DNA of 63,642 bases, filler included. It is 5 parts of 5 records of this genome, joined end to end, with 100 filler letters (N's around TTAATTAATTAA, not from the genome) between each part and the next. Parts side by side here need not be neighbours in the genome. Positions count along the whole stretch, not along the records: positions 19,496 to 50,146 come from SRR20825010_6717; 4 more parts are not named here. The stretch is one strand, 5' to 3'. The notes under the pieces are model-generated. The model was not told where the DNA came from. It did not search any database and saw only the letters and a program-made list of their open reading frames with translations. Positions 30,895 to 41,354 of the stretch are shown here, piece after piece (within the stretch, counting starts at the first letter, position 1; every line of letters begins with the position of its first letter). The position numbers and the translations under genes are program-made.

Positions 30895-32337
30895 TTAAAG
30901 CGCTGACCTGAAATTGACGAAGAAGCCTGTTTGTCTCTGTCGGTTTACACTAAATTCAAAACGTACTACAAAGTCATAATAAGTGACAATGTCTAGCCCA
31001 AGGCCAGCACTAAGCATTAATTCTTTATTGTAGAAGTTGTTGGTGGTAGAACGAATAGGGTCTCCTGCATAACCCATATCCAAAAATGCTTTGAAATAAA
31101 AAGCATAAGGCATGGTTCTAAACTGGTCAATCAGGCTTCTTCTGTTCAGTTCTTGAATGCCAGAGAGGAATTTGTATTTGAGTTCACTTCGATTCGATAT
31201 GAATGCATTACTTTCAACTACATAGCGTTCATATCCACGAATGAAGTCGGGGCGATAACCAAAGCCAGAGCGTAACATGTAAGGAATTTCATCACTGAAA
31301 TTGTAGTAGCCCTCTAGGCTATTTGCCAAATATAGTTTACCTCCCAAGTCAAAGAAATTACTCGTTGAGCCACGAATTGAGAACATATTAAGATCATTGA
31401 AAATCCCCATGCCATAATTGCTGACTTCTCCTCTAAATAAGTTTCCAGAAAGTGGGTAAGCAAAGTAGTCTCGGTTATCCCAAGAGTAAACATAGCTTAG
31501 TCTAAAATACTTCTGCAATGCTTCTCCATTCTGAAAATAGTCTGGGTTTGCATCAGTAATGATTTCGCTAACGCTTGCTCGGCTAAAGCCTGCATCAATG
31601 GAGTGTCGGCTATAAAATGAAGGGCGATAAGTGAGTGTTCCACTCGAAGAGAAAATCCTTCGGTTAATATTGTCCGATTGTTCAAATTGTAGTCGATGGC
31701 CATCGGTATTGGTGGCCACTGTCTTGTTGTTCGCGAAGCTAGTTCTTAACGTAAACCCTAAGGTTTGAGCCTTATTGATATATGGTCGCTGATATTGTAG
31801 TTCGTACTGTTTTGTAAAACCAAATTGAGTTCTTAAAATGAGTTTATCATTTCGGCCTGTAAGGTTGAAATGATAAAGTTGAATTCCATAGTTGACCCTT
31901 GAGAAATCACGTTTTTGGTTCACCCACCATTCCGTAAAATTCCTATCGGCTAGTTTAAAGATCGGGAGGGGGAAAATGTACCAGCGTTCTTGTAATCGAA
32001 TTAATATATCAACTTCAGTGTCGGACATGAAAAGTGGAACGACTTCTACAGTAATAAACAGGCGAGTGTTAATTAACTTTTGCTGACTTAGAACAATCGA
32101 CTGGTTAAATTCCTGAATATTAATTTGGTCACCTTCTTTGAAATCGAGCTCTCTGAGAATGATTTCGGCTTTAGTTTTTTTGTTGCCTGTAATATAGGTT
32201 TTACCTATTTTGATAGAGTCAGAGCTCAGGCTGTCTGTAAAAGGAGTGTTTTGTCCAAAGCCGCGTAGGCTGAGGATACATAAGAAAGTAAAGATAACTA
32301 CCCCCTTTAAACTCTTTTTTACGGTTATTCCGATCAC
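30895..32337 (-). CDS. Omp85 (BamA/TamA-like) protein with a single POTRA domain
   Basis: ITGNKKTKAEIILREL POTRA, ERWYIFP, NLTGRND and IRGYE; GTGA overlap with lgt. Confidence 0.85.
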   Translation of the reverse strand: MIGITVKKSLKGVVIFTFLCILSLRGFGQNTPFTDSLSSDSIKIGKTYITGNKKTKAEIILRELDFKEGDQINIQEFNQSIVLSQQKLINTRLFITVEVVPLFMSDTEVDILIRLQERWYIFPLPIFKLADRNFTEWWVNQKRDFSRVNYGIQLYHFNLTGRNDKLILRTQFGFTKQYELQYQRPYINKAQTLGFTLRTSFANNKTVATNTDGHRLQFEQSDNINRRIFSSSGTLTYRPSFYSRHSIDAGFSRASVSEIITDANPDYFQNGEALQKYFRLSYVYSWDNRDYFAYPLSGNLFRGEVSNYGMGIFNDLNMFSIRGSTSNFFDLGGKLYLANSLEGYYNFSDEIPYMLRSGFGYRPDFIRGYERYVVESNAFISNRSELKYKFLSGIQELNRRSLIDQFRTMPYAFYFKAFLDMGYAGDPIRSTTNNFYNKELMLSAGLGLDIVTYYDFVVRFEFSVNRQRQTGFFVNFRSAL

Positions 32338-33473
32338 TCCTTTTCCTTACCTACTACTATGGAGCGGATTAAAACAAAGCACCCGATAAGCACTAAAGGA
32401 ATGCTCAATATTTGGCCCATATTGTAGGTCATTCCTTCTTCAAACGCCACTTGATTTTCTTTGAAAGTTTCATGAAAGAAACGAAAACCAAATTGCCAAA
32501 TCAGGAAGATTCCAAATAGTAATCCCTCAGGTGTCTTTTCTTTGTATCTGAACCAAATGGCTAGCAGAAGGAAGAATAAGATGAGGGAAGTGGCAGATTC
32601 ATAAAGCTGGGCTGGATGCCTCACAATTCCATAGGTATGGATAGTGGCTGCCCATTGCCTACCATTCGGTGTTAACTCATAATTTAAGGGTTTGCCTAGC
32701 GGTTCTTGGTAATGCTCATTTACTGGGTAGCGCGTAAGCATGGGTTTGAACTCTCTTTCTAACTTGGCTCTTATCTGCTGTTCAGTGCTGCTGGTTCCTT
32801 CAAAAGTTACGCGAATATCTACTGGCACTATTCCTGGTGATAGTTGCTCCGTAACGGTACCTTTGGATGCTTCGGCACGGTCTACACCGTTAATGCCATC
32901 TTCAAAATACATTTCCGCTACACGACCAAATACAACACCGTAGTCGCTATCTGTAGGCTTGCCTACAATTTCGGAATTTACAAAGTTACCCATACGGATG
33001 AAAACTGCTGCTAAAGCTATAGTAATCACAATTCGATCGACAATCCATAGGTAGCTTTGGCCTGCCTTTTTCTGTTTTTTGAACTTGAGTGGAGGAAAGC
33101 CACCTGCCGTAATAAAGTAATTCCTGTATAGGAAAAGGGCCAGTAAAATTAAAGGGACCGCACCGTGGCTTGCCAGACCACCTTCCCAAGTTCTAAAAAA
33201 CATTAGAGGGTCCGCAAAAAAGCGATCGGGTTCGTAAAACAACAAATGGCCTAGACGTGCGCCAATAATAGTAGCCAATACCATATAAACAGTAAGTGTA
33301 TCTACATTCAGTGGGTCTTTACCCTCTTTCTTGAAAATATAGACCATGATTTGGTAGCCTATAATAAATCCAAGCGCAAATAGTACACTATACCAAACTG
33401 GCGGTTGTATTCCCCTGATGATTTCTTTCATAGGGTCCCAAACGATGTAGGAGAGTATTGTCAAGTGGTGCAT
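32334..33473 (-). CDS. lgt: Prolipoprotein diacylglyceryl transferase, with an insertion
   Basis: GARLGH, GLASHGA, RMGNFVNSEIVG, RHPAQLYE and MGQILS. Confidence 0.94.
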   Translation of the reverse strand: MHHLTILSYIVWDPMKEIIRGIQPPVWYSVLFALGFIIGYQIMVYIFKKEGKDPLNVDTLTVYMVLATIIGARLGHLLFYEPDRFFADPLMFFRTWEGGLASHGAVPLILLALFLYRNYFITAGGFPPLKFKKQKKAGQSYLWIVDRIVITIALAAVFIRMGNFVNSEIVGKPTDSDYGVVFGRVAEMYFEDGINGVDRAEASKGTVTEQLSPGIVPVDIRVTFEGTSSTEQQIRAKLEREFKPMLTRYPVNEHYQEPLGKPLNYELTPNGRQWAATIHTYGIVRHPAQLYESATSLILFFLLLAIWFRYKEKTPEGLLFGIFLIWQFGFRFFHETFKENQVAFEEGMTYNMGQILSIPLVLIGCFVLIRSIVVGKEKE

Positions 33474-33477
33474 AGAG

Positions 33478-33485
33478 CAAAGATA
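33478..33485 (-). promoter_or_regulatory. Bacteroidota housekeeping -7 promoter element for lgt
   Basis: TATCTTTG on - matches TAnnTTTG immediately upstream of the ATG. Confidence 0.5.
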
Positions 33486-33610
33486 TAGGAATTAGGAAAA
33501 GGTTTTAGTAAGTATAAACCTTAATCTTTGGAAGAATGGTATAAGCATTAAGAAAAAAGTGGTGAGATTAATTTTATGAAGCAATCTCACTGGCTTTAAA
33601 AAATGGGTTA

Positions 33611-33769
33611 TTATAAGGCGTCAATTTGCTTTAAAAGAGCATCTGCTTCTGCGGTTTTTAGGTCGCTGGCTCTTCGGTTGGTGTGTGATAGCTTATAAGC
33701 TTCATCGATTAGTTTTTTGTATTTGGCTTGAAGCTTTTCCTTTTCTGTTTTCCTTGAAAATAATCCCAT
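33611..33769 (-). CDS. Lacal_2735-family small protein (52 aa, absent from the ORF track)
   Basis: Manual translation MGLFSRKTEKEKLQAKYKKLIDEAYKLSHTNRRASDLKTAEADALLKQIDAL fits the Bacteroidota family pattern. Confidence 0.8.
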   Translation of the reverse strand: MGLFSRKTEKEKLQAKYKKLIDEAYKLSHTNRRASDLKTAEADALLKQIDAL

Positions 33770-33800
33770 GATCAAAGTAACAGTAATTGAATGAGAATGT

Positions 33801-35327
33801 TTAGCGACCTACTTCATCAATCAATTCTCCGTTTTCATACATTTCTATTCTGATAAGTTTTCCGTTTTTCGCATAGATACTCCAGCTACCTTCTTTAATG
33901 CCATTGATTAATTCACCAGCACTTAATTTACGCCCCCTTTCGTCAAAGAATATCCAGTCACCATTGGGGAGACCTTTTTTGTAGGGTCCTTCGGAAAACT
34001 TAGTGCCGTCAGGATAGTAGCTGGTTTTATTGCCTTCACCATTTATCAATGATCCAGAACTGTGTTTGTCTCCATCATCGTCTGTAAATTCAGATACTTT
34101 CATGAGTTTACCCTTCTCATAAGTTTCTTCTAACATGGGTGAGCCATCTTCATGAAAATAGCCCCATAGTCCATCTTTTTCGCCAGCCAAATAACTACCT
34201 ATCGAAGACAGTTCACCGCTTTCATGATAGGTAAACCATTGCCCTTGTTGCTTACCTAATCGGTAATCTCCTTCGGAAGTAAGTTTACCTCTAGGACTAA
34301 AACTTTTCCAGTTACCAACTCTTTGATCACTTTTGTAGCTCCCGAATTCTGAAATCATGCCATTCTCATGGTAGTATTTCCAAACGTCCTCTTTAAGGCC
34401 TAAATTGAATTCACCAGTTTCGGCAATTACTCTATTATCATAATAAGCGATAAAGGTGCTGTCTACAAACCCAAGTCGGTATCGACTTTCACTGGCAACT
34501 TGGCCATTTGGATACCACTCTTTTGATGTGCCTATGGGTTTATCCTTAGCGTAGGTGATCTCGCTAGCCATTCTCCCTGAATCGTGGAAGGTTGTCCAGG
34601 TGCCAACTTTTTCACCATTATCATAGTATTCTTTAATTGAGGGAGAAAACTCACTGAATTCATAATAGAGCCATTCTCCATTTCTTTCACCATAAACAAA
34701 CTGGCCTTTTTCAATCGCGATAGTGCCATCATACTTAACCCAATCACCGTGGAGGTAACCGTCCTTGTAATTGGTTTTAATCATTAATGAGCCATAGGGG
34801 TCGTATTGCTCAAATGAGCCATCGAGCTTTCCTTGCTTGTACTGACTACCAATTTGAAGTGCACCATTGTCGAAATAGCTATTCCAGATTCCTGTTTTAA
34901 AACCATCTTCAAAAGCACCCTTTTCAAAGAGTTGCCCTGAACCATAGTACGATGACCATGCGCCATTAAGTTTTCCTTTTGAGTAATTAGTGATAATCGT
35001 TGATTTCCCTTCTTCGTTGAAGAGCACATAGGCTCCATTTAAAACGTTGTTTTCATATTTGAGTCTGGCCCTTTCTTGTCGATCTAGAAAGATCATCCAA
35101 ATACCGGCTCTTTTACCTTCAACATAATATCCCCTTTGTAAAAAGCTACTATCAGCATTGTACATGGCCCAAAGGCCATCGCGCTTACCTTCCTTTGTTT
35201 TTCCTTCTGCCTTCAAGGAAGTATCATCAGAAGGAAATATAAGTTCATAGTTTTCTTCTTGGGCAATGCCCGAAAAACTTAGAGTAAAGAAGAAAAGGCT
35301 AGAAAGTAATAATTGATGAAAGCGCAT
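33801..35327 (-). CDS. Exported MORN-variant repeat protein (YwqK-like)
   Basis: Signal peptide and many G.W..Y..NG....G.Y..G repeats. Confidence 0.85.
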   Translation of the reverse strand: MRFHQLLLSSLFFFTLSFSGIAQEENYELIFPSDDTSLKAEGKTKEGKRDGLWAMYNADSSFLQRGYYVEGKRAGIWMIFLDRQERARLKYENNVLNGAYVLFNEEGKSTIITNYSKGKLNGAWSSYYGSGQLFEKGAFEDGFKTGIWNSYFDNGALQIGSQYKQGKLDGSFEQYDPYGSLMIKTNYKDGYLHGDWVKYDGTIAIEKGQFVYGERNGEWLYYEFSEFSPSIKEYYDNGEKVGTWTTFHDSGRMASEITYAKDKPIGTSKEWYPNGQVASESRYRLGFVDSTFIAYYDNRVIAETGEFNLGLKEDVWKYYHENGMISEFGSYKSDQRVGNWKSFSPRGKLTSEGDYRLGKQQGQWFTYHESGELSSIGSYLAGEKDGLWGYFHEDGSPMLEETYEKGKLMKVSEFTDDDGDKHSSGSLINGEGNKTSYYPDGTKFSEGPYKKGLPNGDWIFFDERGRKLSAGELINGIKEGSWSIYAKNGKLIRIEMYENGELIDEVGR

Positions 35328-35610
35328 AGAATATATATCGGATTGCATGCAATTGAGTTTCATAAAAAAAATGATTCGGATCTTTCTTCTCAAATATTAC
35401 GCCAATAAATCCCAGATGATTGTGCTATTTGATGTCTTTTAATAAACATTTGAAAGCATTTTTTCAGTTTAGTAGAAACAATGCTTTAAATATCCCCATG
35501 TGGGATGCTCTTAGGCTAACCAGTTAACAATTAAAGGTGTGTTTGGTTCAAAATACGGGAATGAAATTGGGGCTGAAAGGAAGGTAATGAAATGAGAAGA
35601 TTTCCCCTTT

Positions 35611-36609
35611 CTACCAACGGATCAGCGCTGAAGCCCATGTGAAACCACTTCCGAAAGCAGCCAAACAAATCAAGTCTCCTTCTTTAATCTTACCCAGCTC
35701 CCAAGCCTCATTTAATGCAATAGGAATTGAGGCGGCTGTTGTATTCCCATAGTGCATGATATTATTAAACACTTTCTCATTAGGCATGTTCAACTGTTTC
35801 TGAACATAGTTGCTAATCCGTAGGTTGGCTTGATGTGGAACTAAAAGGTCAATATCTTTTGATGATAGGTTATTGGCAGCTAAAGCTTCCGCAATTACTT
35901 CGCTAAAACGCACCACGGCATGTTTAAATACCGCATTTCCATTCATGGTAAGATGAAAAGTAGGCCCTTCAATGAGTTCGGTTGAGAGCCTCACCGTTCT
36001 ACTGCTACCAGGGTCTTTAACGTACAATTCCTCCGCAAAATCACCATCGGCATGAAGATGAGTAGATAGTATTCCGCCTTCGGTTGGTTCAGCCGCTTTT
36101 AGTACAGCTGCCCCAGCGCCATCAGCGAAAATTACCGCACTTGATCTTCCTGCGGTAGACTTGTCAATGGCTGAAGATTGAATTTCGGCCCCCACCACTA
36201 AAATGGTTTTATACATTCCCGTTTTAATGAATTGATCGGCAACGGAAAGTGCATATATAAAACCGCTACAAGCGTTTCGAATATCCAATGCGCCAATGCC
36301 TTGAAGTCCAAGCTCCCTTTGCATCAATACGCCCGATCCAGGGAAAAAATAATCAGGAGTAATAGTGGCAAATACAATGAAATCTACTTCGCTGACCTCT
36401 GTTTTAGCTCTTTCAAGTGCCATTTTCGCAGCTTTGGTTGCCATATTGGACACGGTATCATTCTCTGGATCAAACCACCTGCGTTCTTCAATGCCCGTTC
36501 GCTCTATGATCCATTCATTATTGGTGTCAATGATTTTTTCTAGGTCTTGGTTCGTAACAATATTTTTTGGCACGTAATGGCCTAAACCAACAATTCTGGA
36601 ACTCTTCAT
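35611..36609 (-). CDS. fabH: 3-oxoacyl-ACP synthase III
   Basis: RTGIEERR, ACSGF, PHQAN, GNTTAASIP and GSGFTW. Confidence 0.94.
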   Translation of the reverse strand: MKSSRIVGLGHYVPKNIVTNQDLEKIIDTNNEWIIERTGIEERRWFDPENDTVSNMATKAAKMALERAKTEVSEVDFIVFATITPDYFFPGSGVLMQRELGLQGIGALDIRNACSGFIYALSVADQFIKTGMYKTILVVGAEIQSSAIDKSTAGRSSAVIFADGAGAAVLKAAEPTEGGILSTHLHADGDFAEELYVKDPGSSRTVRLSTELIEGPTFHLTMNGNAVFKHAVVRFSEVIAEALAANNLSSKDIDLLVPHQANLRISNYVQKQLNMPNEKVFNNIMHYGNTTAASIPIALNEAWELGKIKEGDLICLAAFGSGFTWASALIRW

Positions 36610-36823
36610 AGCAATGTTATTTATGGGTACAAAGTAAAGAAATATCCGATAGTTAGAAATTGTTTCCGATAGCTTCCCTCTTTAAAATGAAATTAAGCCC
36701 ATTCATCACAGCATTTGTTGTCCCGCTCGATTCAAAGGAACTTATTCGACCACCCAAATAACGGAAGTAACCAATTGAGTGCAATAGCGTAATGGCTTAC
36801 GGAAGAATTGAATTGTGTAAAAA

Positions 36824-37570
36824 ATGATAAGAATTAATCCAAGCGTATTTTTAGCGCTGGTGTGCGTAATGGCATCTTCGAGTTGCTCGGTGAATGAACC
36901 AACTGCTCAACAAATTTTGGATGTTGCTATTCAAAAACATGGTTACAAATCGAGTGAGGCGCTTGAAATTCAATTTGATTTTCGAGGCAATCACTACAAT
37001 GCTAGAATCTCTGATAAAGGAGATGTATACAAACGTATTTCCTTTGAAAATGGAAATGAATTAGAAGACATATTAACCTCTAATACTCATATTAAAAGAG
37101 TTAATCAAAAAGAGGTTAAGGTGAAAGGAGATTCACTCTCGAATATATTAGCAGGAGATGTCAGGTCTGTAGTCTATTTTGCTTTGTTGCCATATGGAGC
37201 CAACCACGAAGTGATGAGTAAGCACCTCATGCCTTCTATAAAATTAAAAGATGAGACTTATTATAAGGTAGAAGTGACTTATGGTAAGAATGGTGGAGGG
37301 AAAAACTTTGAAAACATATTTGTGTATTGGGTCAACCAAAATACGTATACGATAGATTACTTAGCCTACAGCTACTATATTAACGGTGGGGGGGTAAGGT
37401 TCCGCGAGGCATACAATCGAAGAGAGGTGAACGGACTGTTGCTTCAAGATTACATCAATTACACCATTGATAGCGATTTTCCCGCTCATGAACTTGATTA
37501 CGCTTTCCAAACCAATCAATTAAGAGAGATATCAAGAATTGACCTTGAGAATATTCAGGTGACTCGATAA
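36824..37570 (+). CDS. DUF6503-like lipoprotein
   Basis: Lipobox SSSC, AIQKHG, FDFRG, SVVYFALLPY and YLAYSY..GGVRFR. Confidence 0.7.
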   Translation: MIRINPSVFLALVCVMASSSCSVNEPTAQQILDVAIQKHGYKSSEALEIQFDFRGNHYNARISDKGDVYKRISFENGNELEDILTSNTHIKRVNQKEVKVKGDSLSNILAGDVRSVVYFALLPYGANHEVMSKHLMPSIKLKDETYYKVEVTYGKNGGGKNFENIFVYWVNQNTYTIDYLAYSYYINGGGVRFREAYNRREVNGLLLQDYINYTIDSDFPAHELDYAFQTNQLREISRIDLENIQVTR

Positions 37571-37586
37571 CTCGACCTTGTGCTGA

Positions 37587-38285
37587 TTAACCAAACAAGG
37601 TGAAACTCCCGAATTGATTCGCTGGAGGGGCTTTCTTAAAAAGCTCTGGGCTATCAAATTCTGGGTTGTTTATTTTGGGGCTAATCGAATAGCGGTCTAA
37701 TTGTTTTTCACGATAAGGCGTAATAAAATTAATGACGCTTTCCTCTGTGTTTGATTCGTTCAACCAATCTATCATCAAGTCACTTTTGAGTATAGCTGGC
37801 ATTTCATCCGTAATGTCTTCCACATCTGAATTGGCCTTTGTCGTAATCATCATAAAAGTATGAACCGACTCCCCATTTTCATCTTCAAATTCATCCCACA
37901 ATCCAGCAATACCAAAAGGGCTATTGTCAACTAAATGAAAACGATAGGGTACTTTCTCCTTCTTTGATATACTCTTCCATGCGTAGAAACCATCTGCTAT
38001 GATTACACAACGCTGAGATTTTAGATTTTTCTTCAAACTGGCTTTGTTTAATATTTGATCTACCGGAGCAAATATGAGTTTTTCACTAATGCTATTTTTT
38101 TTTACAAAGGCGGGGTTGATACCCCAATAGAAAAAAGAAAGCCCATCAGGGTTTTCTGCCGTGATTACGGGGAGTAATTTTGTGGGTGAAGCATTGTATT
38201 TTTGTCCGTACTGTTGGGTGACTTCTACATTGAAATATTCTTCAACAATTTTGGCAGAACTAGCAATTGAATAGCTGGATGGCAT
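37587..38285 (-). CDS. SRAP (YedK/HMCES-like) family protein lacking catalytic residues
   Basis: YNASPT, WG, RCVIIADGFYAW, IAGLWD and MPAIL fold motifs; Cys2, Glu and His are replaced. Confidence 0.85.
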   Translation of the reverse strand: MPSSYSIASSAKIVEEYFNVEVTQQYGQKYNASPTKLLPVITAENPDGLSFFYWGINPAFVKKNSISEKLIFAPVDQILNKASLKKNLKSQRCVIIADGFYAWKSISKKEKVPYRFHLVDNSPFGIAGLWDEFEDENGESVHTFMMITTKANSDVEDITDEMPAILKSDLMIDWLNESNTEESVINFITPYREKQLDRYSISPKINNPEFDSPELFKKAPPANQFGSFTLFG

Positions 38286-38458
38286 ATTAAACTTTTTAGA
38301 AATTTAAGGGATCAGGATCATAAATACTAATACTTCGAACCATTCCATACAGGTCTAAGTTGTTGAAGTAGCAGCTTGAAGACTAGCCGATTATAAAATG
38401 ATAACAAAAGCTTAGGGCAATAGGTCATTCAATAATTTGAATATCGGTTGTTTAAAAC

Positions 38459-38466
38459 TATTTTTG
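38459..38466 (+). promoter_or_regulatory. Bacteroidota -7 promoter element for pdhC
   Basis: TATTTTTG matches TAnnTTTG about 20 nt upstream of the ATG. Confidence 0.5.
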
Positions 38467-38488
38467 GGCTCAATTTTTCACAAATCAT

Positions 38489-40117
38489 ATGGCAGAAATC
38501 GTTAGGATGCCGAAAATGAGTGACACCATGGAAGAAGGGGTGATCGCTGTTTGGCATAAAAAAATAGGTGATAAAGTAGAATCAGGGGAGTTAATGGCTG
38601 AAATCGAGACCGATAAAGCAACCATGGACTACGAATCATATAATGAAGGAACCGTATTATACCTTGGGGCTGAAGAAGGTGAGGCCGTTCAAATCAATGG
38701 TATTTTAGCCATTGTAGGAGAAAAGGGCGAGGATTATAAGGCACTTCTGAATGAGTCAAGTGGAAATGGCTCTGAAACTAAAGAAGAAAAACCGGTGGAA
38801 GAGGAAAAAACTGAAGCGATTGATACGAGTAACATCAAAGCGGAAGTGGTGAGGATGCCGAAAATGAGCGACACCATGGAAGAAGGCGTTGTTTCGGCTT
38901 GGCATAAAAAGGTAGGCGATATGGTAGAATCAGGAGAACTGATGGCTGAAATCGAAACCGATAAAGCGACCATGGAATACGAGTCATATAATGACGGAAT
39001 GGTATTGTACCTTGGCGCTAAAGAAGGAGAATCGGTAGCTGTTAATGGTGTTTTAGCCGTTGTTGGTGAGAAAGGTGCTGATTATGAGGCGCTTTTGAAA
39101 GCTGAAGGTCAGTCAGGAGAGACGTCTGAACCAGTTAAGGAAAAAACAACCGAAGCGACTCCAAAGCAAGAGGCCGTAACAACTAAGAAAGAAGAGGTTT
39201 CGGCACGCGCTGAAACAAATAATAACGGAAGAATTAAAGCGTCACCTTTGGCTAAGAGATTAGCTGAAGAAAAAGGAATCAATATTACGGAAGTGAAAGG
39301 TTCTGGGGATGGCGGAAGGATTATAAAGAGAGATGTAGAAGATTTCGTCCCAACTAGAGTTGAACAAACTAAGTCTGCGGCTCCAGCTCAAAAATCATCA
39401 GCACCACAAGTAGAGCTGCCTAAGGTTGTGGGCGAAGAAAGCTTTGAAGAATTTAGAGTTTCGCAAATGCGAAAAACAATCGCTAAGCGTTTAGCTGAAA
39501 GTAAATTCACAGCTCCTCACTTCTACCTTACCATGGAAATCAACATGGACAAGGCGATTGAAGCAAGAGTAAGTATGAATGAAGTTTCACCCGTGAAAAT
39601 TTCATTTAACGACATGGTGATTAAAGCCGCAGCCGCAGCTTTAAGAAAACACCCCCAAGTGAATTCATCTTGGTTGGGCGATAAAATCAGAATCAATCAC
39701 CATATCCATATTGGAGTAGCTGTTGCGGTGGAAGATGGCCTTTTAGTGCCAGTAGTAAGGTTTGCCGACAATAAGCCACTTTCGCACATTGCAGCAGAAG
39801 TGAAACAATTGGGAGCAAAAGCGAAGAGCAAAGAATTACAGCCTGCCGAATGGGAAGGAAATACTTTCACCATTTCTAATTTAGGAATGTTCGGTATTGA
39901 AGAGTTTACGGCCATTATCAATCCGCCAGACGCTTGTATTATGGCTGTTGGTGGAATCAAGCAAACGGCAATCGTCAAAGATGGTCAGTTGGGCATTGGC
40001 AATATGATGAAAGTAACAATGTCATGCGACCATAGGGTTGTTGATGGCGCGGTTGGCTCAGCCTTTTTACAAACCTTTAAATCTTTATTGGAGGATCCAG
40101 TAAGGTTACTGGTTTAG
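38489..40117 (+). CDS. pdhC: Pyruvate dehydrogenase E2 dihydrolipoamide acetyltransferase with two lipoyl domains
   Basis: Two ETDKA lipoyl motifs, [10 protein letters not shown]3-binding domain, and DHRVVDG. Confidence 0.95.
   Translation: MAEIVRMPKMSDTMEEGVIAVWHKKIGDKVESGELMAEIETDKATMDYESYNEGTVLYLGAEEGEAVQINGILAIVGEKGEDYKALLNESSGNGSETKEEKPVEEEKTEAIDTSNIKAEVVRMPKMSDTMEEGVVSAWHKKVGDMVESGELMAEIETDKATMEYESYNDGMVLYLGAKEGESVAVNGVLAVVGEKGADYEALLKAEGQSGETSEPVKEKTTEATPKQEAVTTKKEEVSARAETNNNGRIKASPLAKRLAEEKGINITEVKGSGDGGRIIKRDVEDFVPTRVEQTKSAAPAQKSSAPQVELPKVVGEESFEEFRVSQMRKTIAKRLAESKFTAPHFYLTMEINMDKAIEARVSMNEVSPVKISFNDMVIKAAAAALRKHPQVNSSWLGDKIRINHHIHIGVAVAVEDGLLVPVVRFADNKPLSHIAAEVKQLGAKAKSKELQPAEWEGNTFTISNLGMFGIEEFTAIINPPDACIMAVGGIKQTAIVKDGQLGIGNMMKVTMSCDHRVVDGAVGSAFLQTFKSLLEDPVRLLV
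38504..39100 (+). repeat. Internal tandem duplication of the lipoyl domain
   Basis: AGGATGCCGAAAATGAG at 38504 and 38852, a 348-nt offset. Confidence 0.85.
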
Positions 40118-40132
40118 AAACTTATTAAGTTC

Positions 40133-40159
40133 AAGTCCCGTTCTCATACGGGACTTTTT
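40133..40159 (+). terminator. Rho-independent terminator after pdhC
   Basis: AAGTCCCG / CGGGACTT stem plus T run. Confidence 0.75.
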
Positions 40160-40172
40160 ATTTACAACTAAT

Positions 40173-40712
40173 ATGACCAAGATTAGATCAACCACCGTAT
40201 TGGCGGTAAAACATAACGGCTCAATTTCAATTGGGGCTGACGGACAAGCTACGATGGGAAATACCGTAGCTAAGAGTAATGTAAAGAAGATCAGAAAGCT
40301 TCAGGATGGTAAGATAGTGACGGGCTTTGCTGGATCAACCGCTGACGCCTTTACGTTACTTGAAAGGTTTGACGAAAAACTGAGTGCTTACGGGGGTAAT
40401 ATGAAAAGAGCCGCCATAGAATTGGCTAAAGATTGGCGTACCGATCGTTACTTAAGAAAACTTGAGTCCATGCTGATTGTAGCCGATAAGGATGATATCC
40501 TTATTTTATCAGGAACAGGTGATGTTCTGGAACCAGATAACGGTATTGCAGCGATTGGCTCTGGGAGCATGTATGCTCAAGCTGCAGCCCAAGCGCTAAC
40601 AACGCATGCTAAGGATCTAAACAGCTATGAAATTGTTGAAGAGAGCCTTAAAATAGCCGCTGACATCTGTATATATACAAATCACAACTTGATTATAGAG
40701 AAAATTTCTTAA
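40173..40712 (+). CDS. hslV: ATP-dependent protease peptidase subunit
   Basis: [36 protein letters not shown] and ICIYTN. Confidence 0.95.
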   Translation: MTKIRSTTVLAVKHNGSISIGADGQATMGNTVAKSNVKKIRKLQDGKIVTGFAGSTADAFTLLERFDEKLSAYGGNMKRAAIELAKDWRTDRYLRKLESMLIVADKDDILILSGTGDVLEPDNGIAAIGSGSMYAQAAAQALTTHAKDLNSYEIVEESLKIAADICIYTNHNLIIEKIS

Positions 40713-40801
40713 TTTCGTAATAAGAAAAAAGGTTTTCAGCTACTTAGCTCTGATTTTAACAGGAGAGGGCAGGTGGATGTCAACATTAACGAATTAAGAT
40801 A

Positions 40802-41329
40802 ATGCACACTCATACCTCAAAAATCTTTGTTTTAGTAGCACTGGTTGTCATGAGTAATAGCTGCGTTGATACTCAGATGCCTTCTTATACCGCAGAGAGT
40901 GAGGGAAGACTCCTATTGGGCGCAACAGTGCATTTGGGGAATGGCGAGGTAATTGAAGATGCTGCTTTGGTAATCAAGGATGGATACGTCACCCGATTGG
41001 AGACTGGTGCGTCAGAAAAGTTCGACCTTTCTAAATTTCAAGTAGATCTCTTAAGTTCGGAATATCATATCTATCCTTTTAAGAAAACTGAATTGGGTAA
41101 TTCAGGTATTGTATTGCCTAGAGCGGATGCAAAGCCTTTTAATATCACTATTAGCGAGAGCGAAGCAGAAAAAGGGATTGCTATTGGGGCTGAAGCTGCT
41201 TTATTGATTTGCAAAGGAAGTATAACAGACATCAGTAAGTTTAAGGTAGAATATGTTGTGGATGGCAGGGATAAAATAAAAATACTAGAGCAGTCGGACT
41301 ACAAGGCGAAAGAGAACAACAATCATTAG
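40802..41329 (+). CDS. Lipoprotein resembling the amidohydrolase small beta-sandwich without the TIM barrel
   Basis: Lipobox SNSC; LLGATVHLGNGEVIEDAALVIKDG and GIAIGAEAALLICKG; no HxH motif. Confidence 0.6.
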   Translation: MHTHTSKIFVLVALVVMSNSCVDTQMPSYTAESEGRLLLGATVHLGNGEVIEDAALVIKDGYVTRLETGASEKFDLSKFQVDLLSSEYHIYPFKKTELGNSGIVLPRADAKPFNITISESEAEKGIAIGAEAALLICKGSITDISKFKVEYVVDGRDKIKILEQSDYKAKENNNH

Positions 41330-41354
41330 CCTAAGTCTTGAGTAAATAATATTC

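Noticed and set aside
40173-40712. hslV without adjacent hslU
   Set aside because: hslU may simply be encoded elsewhere; absence cannot be judged from this window.
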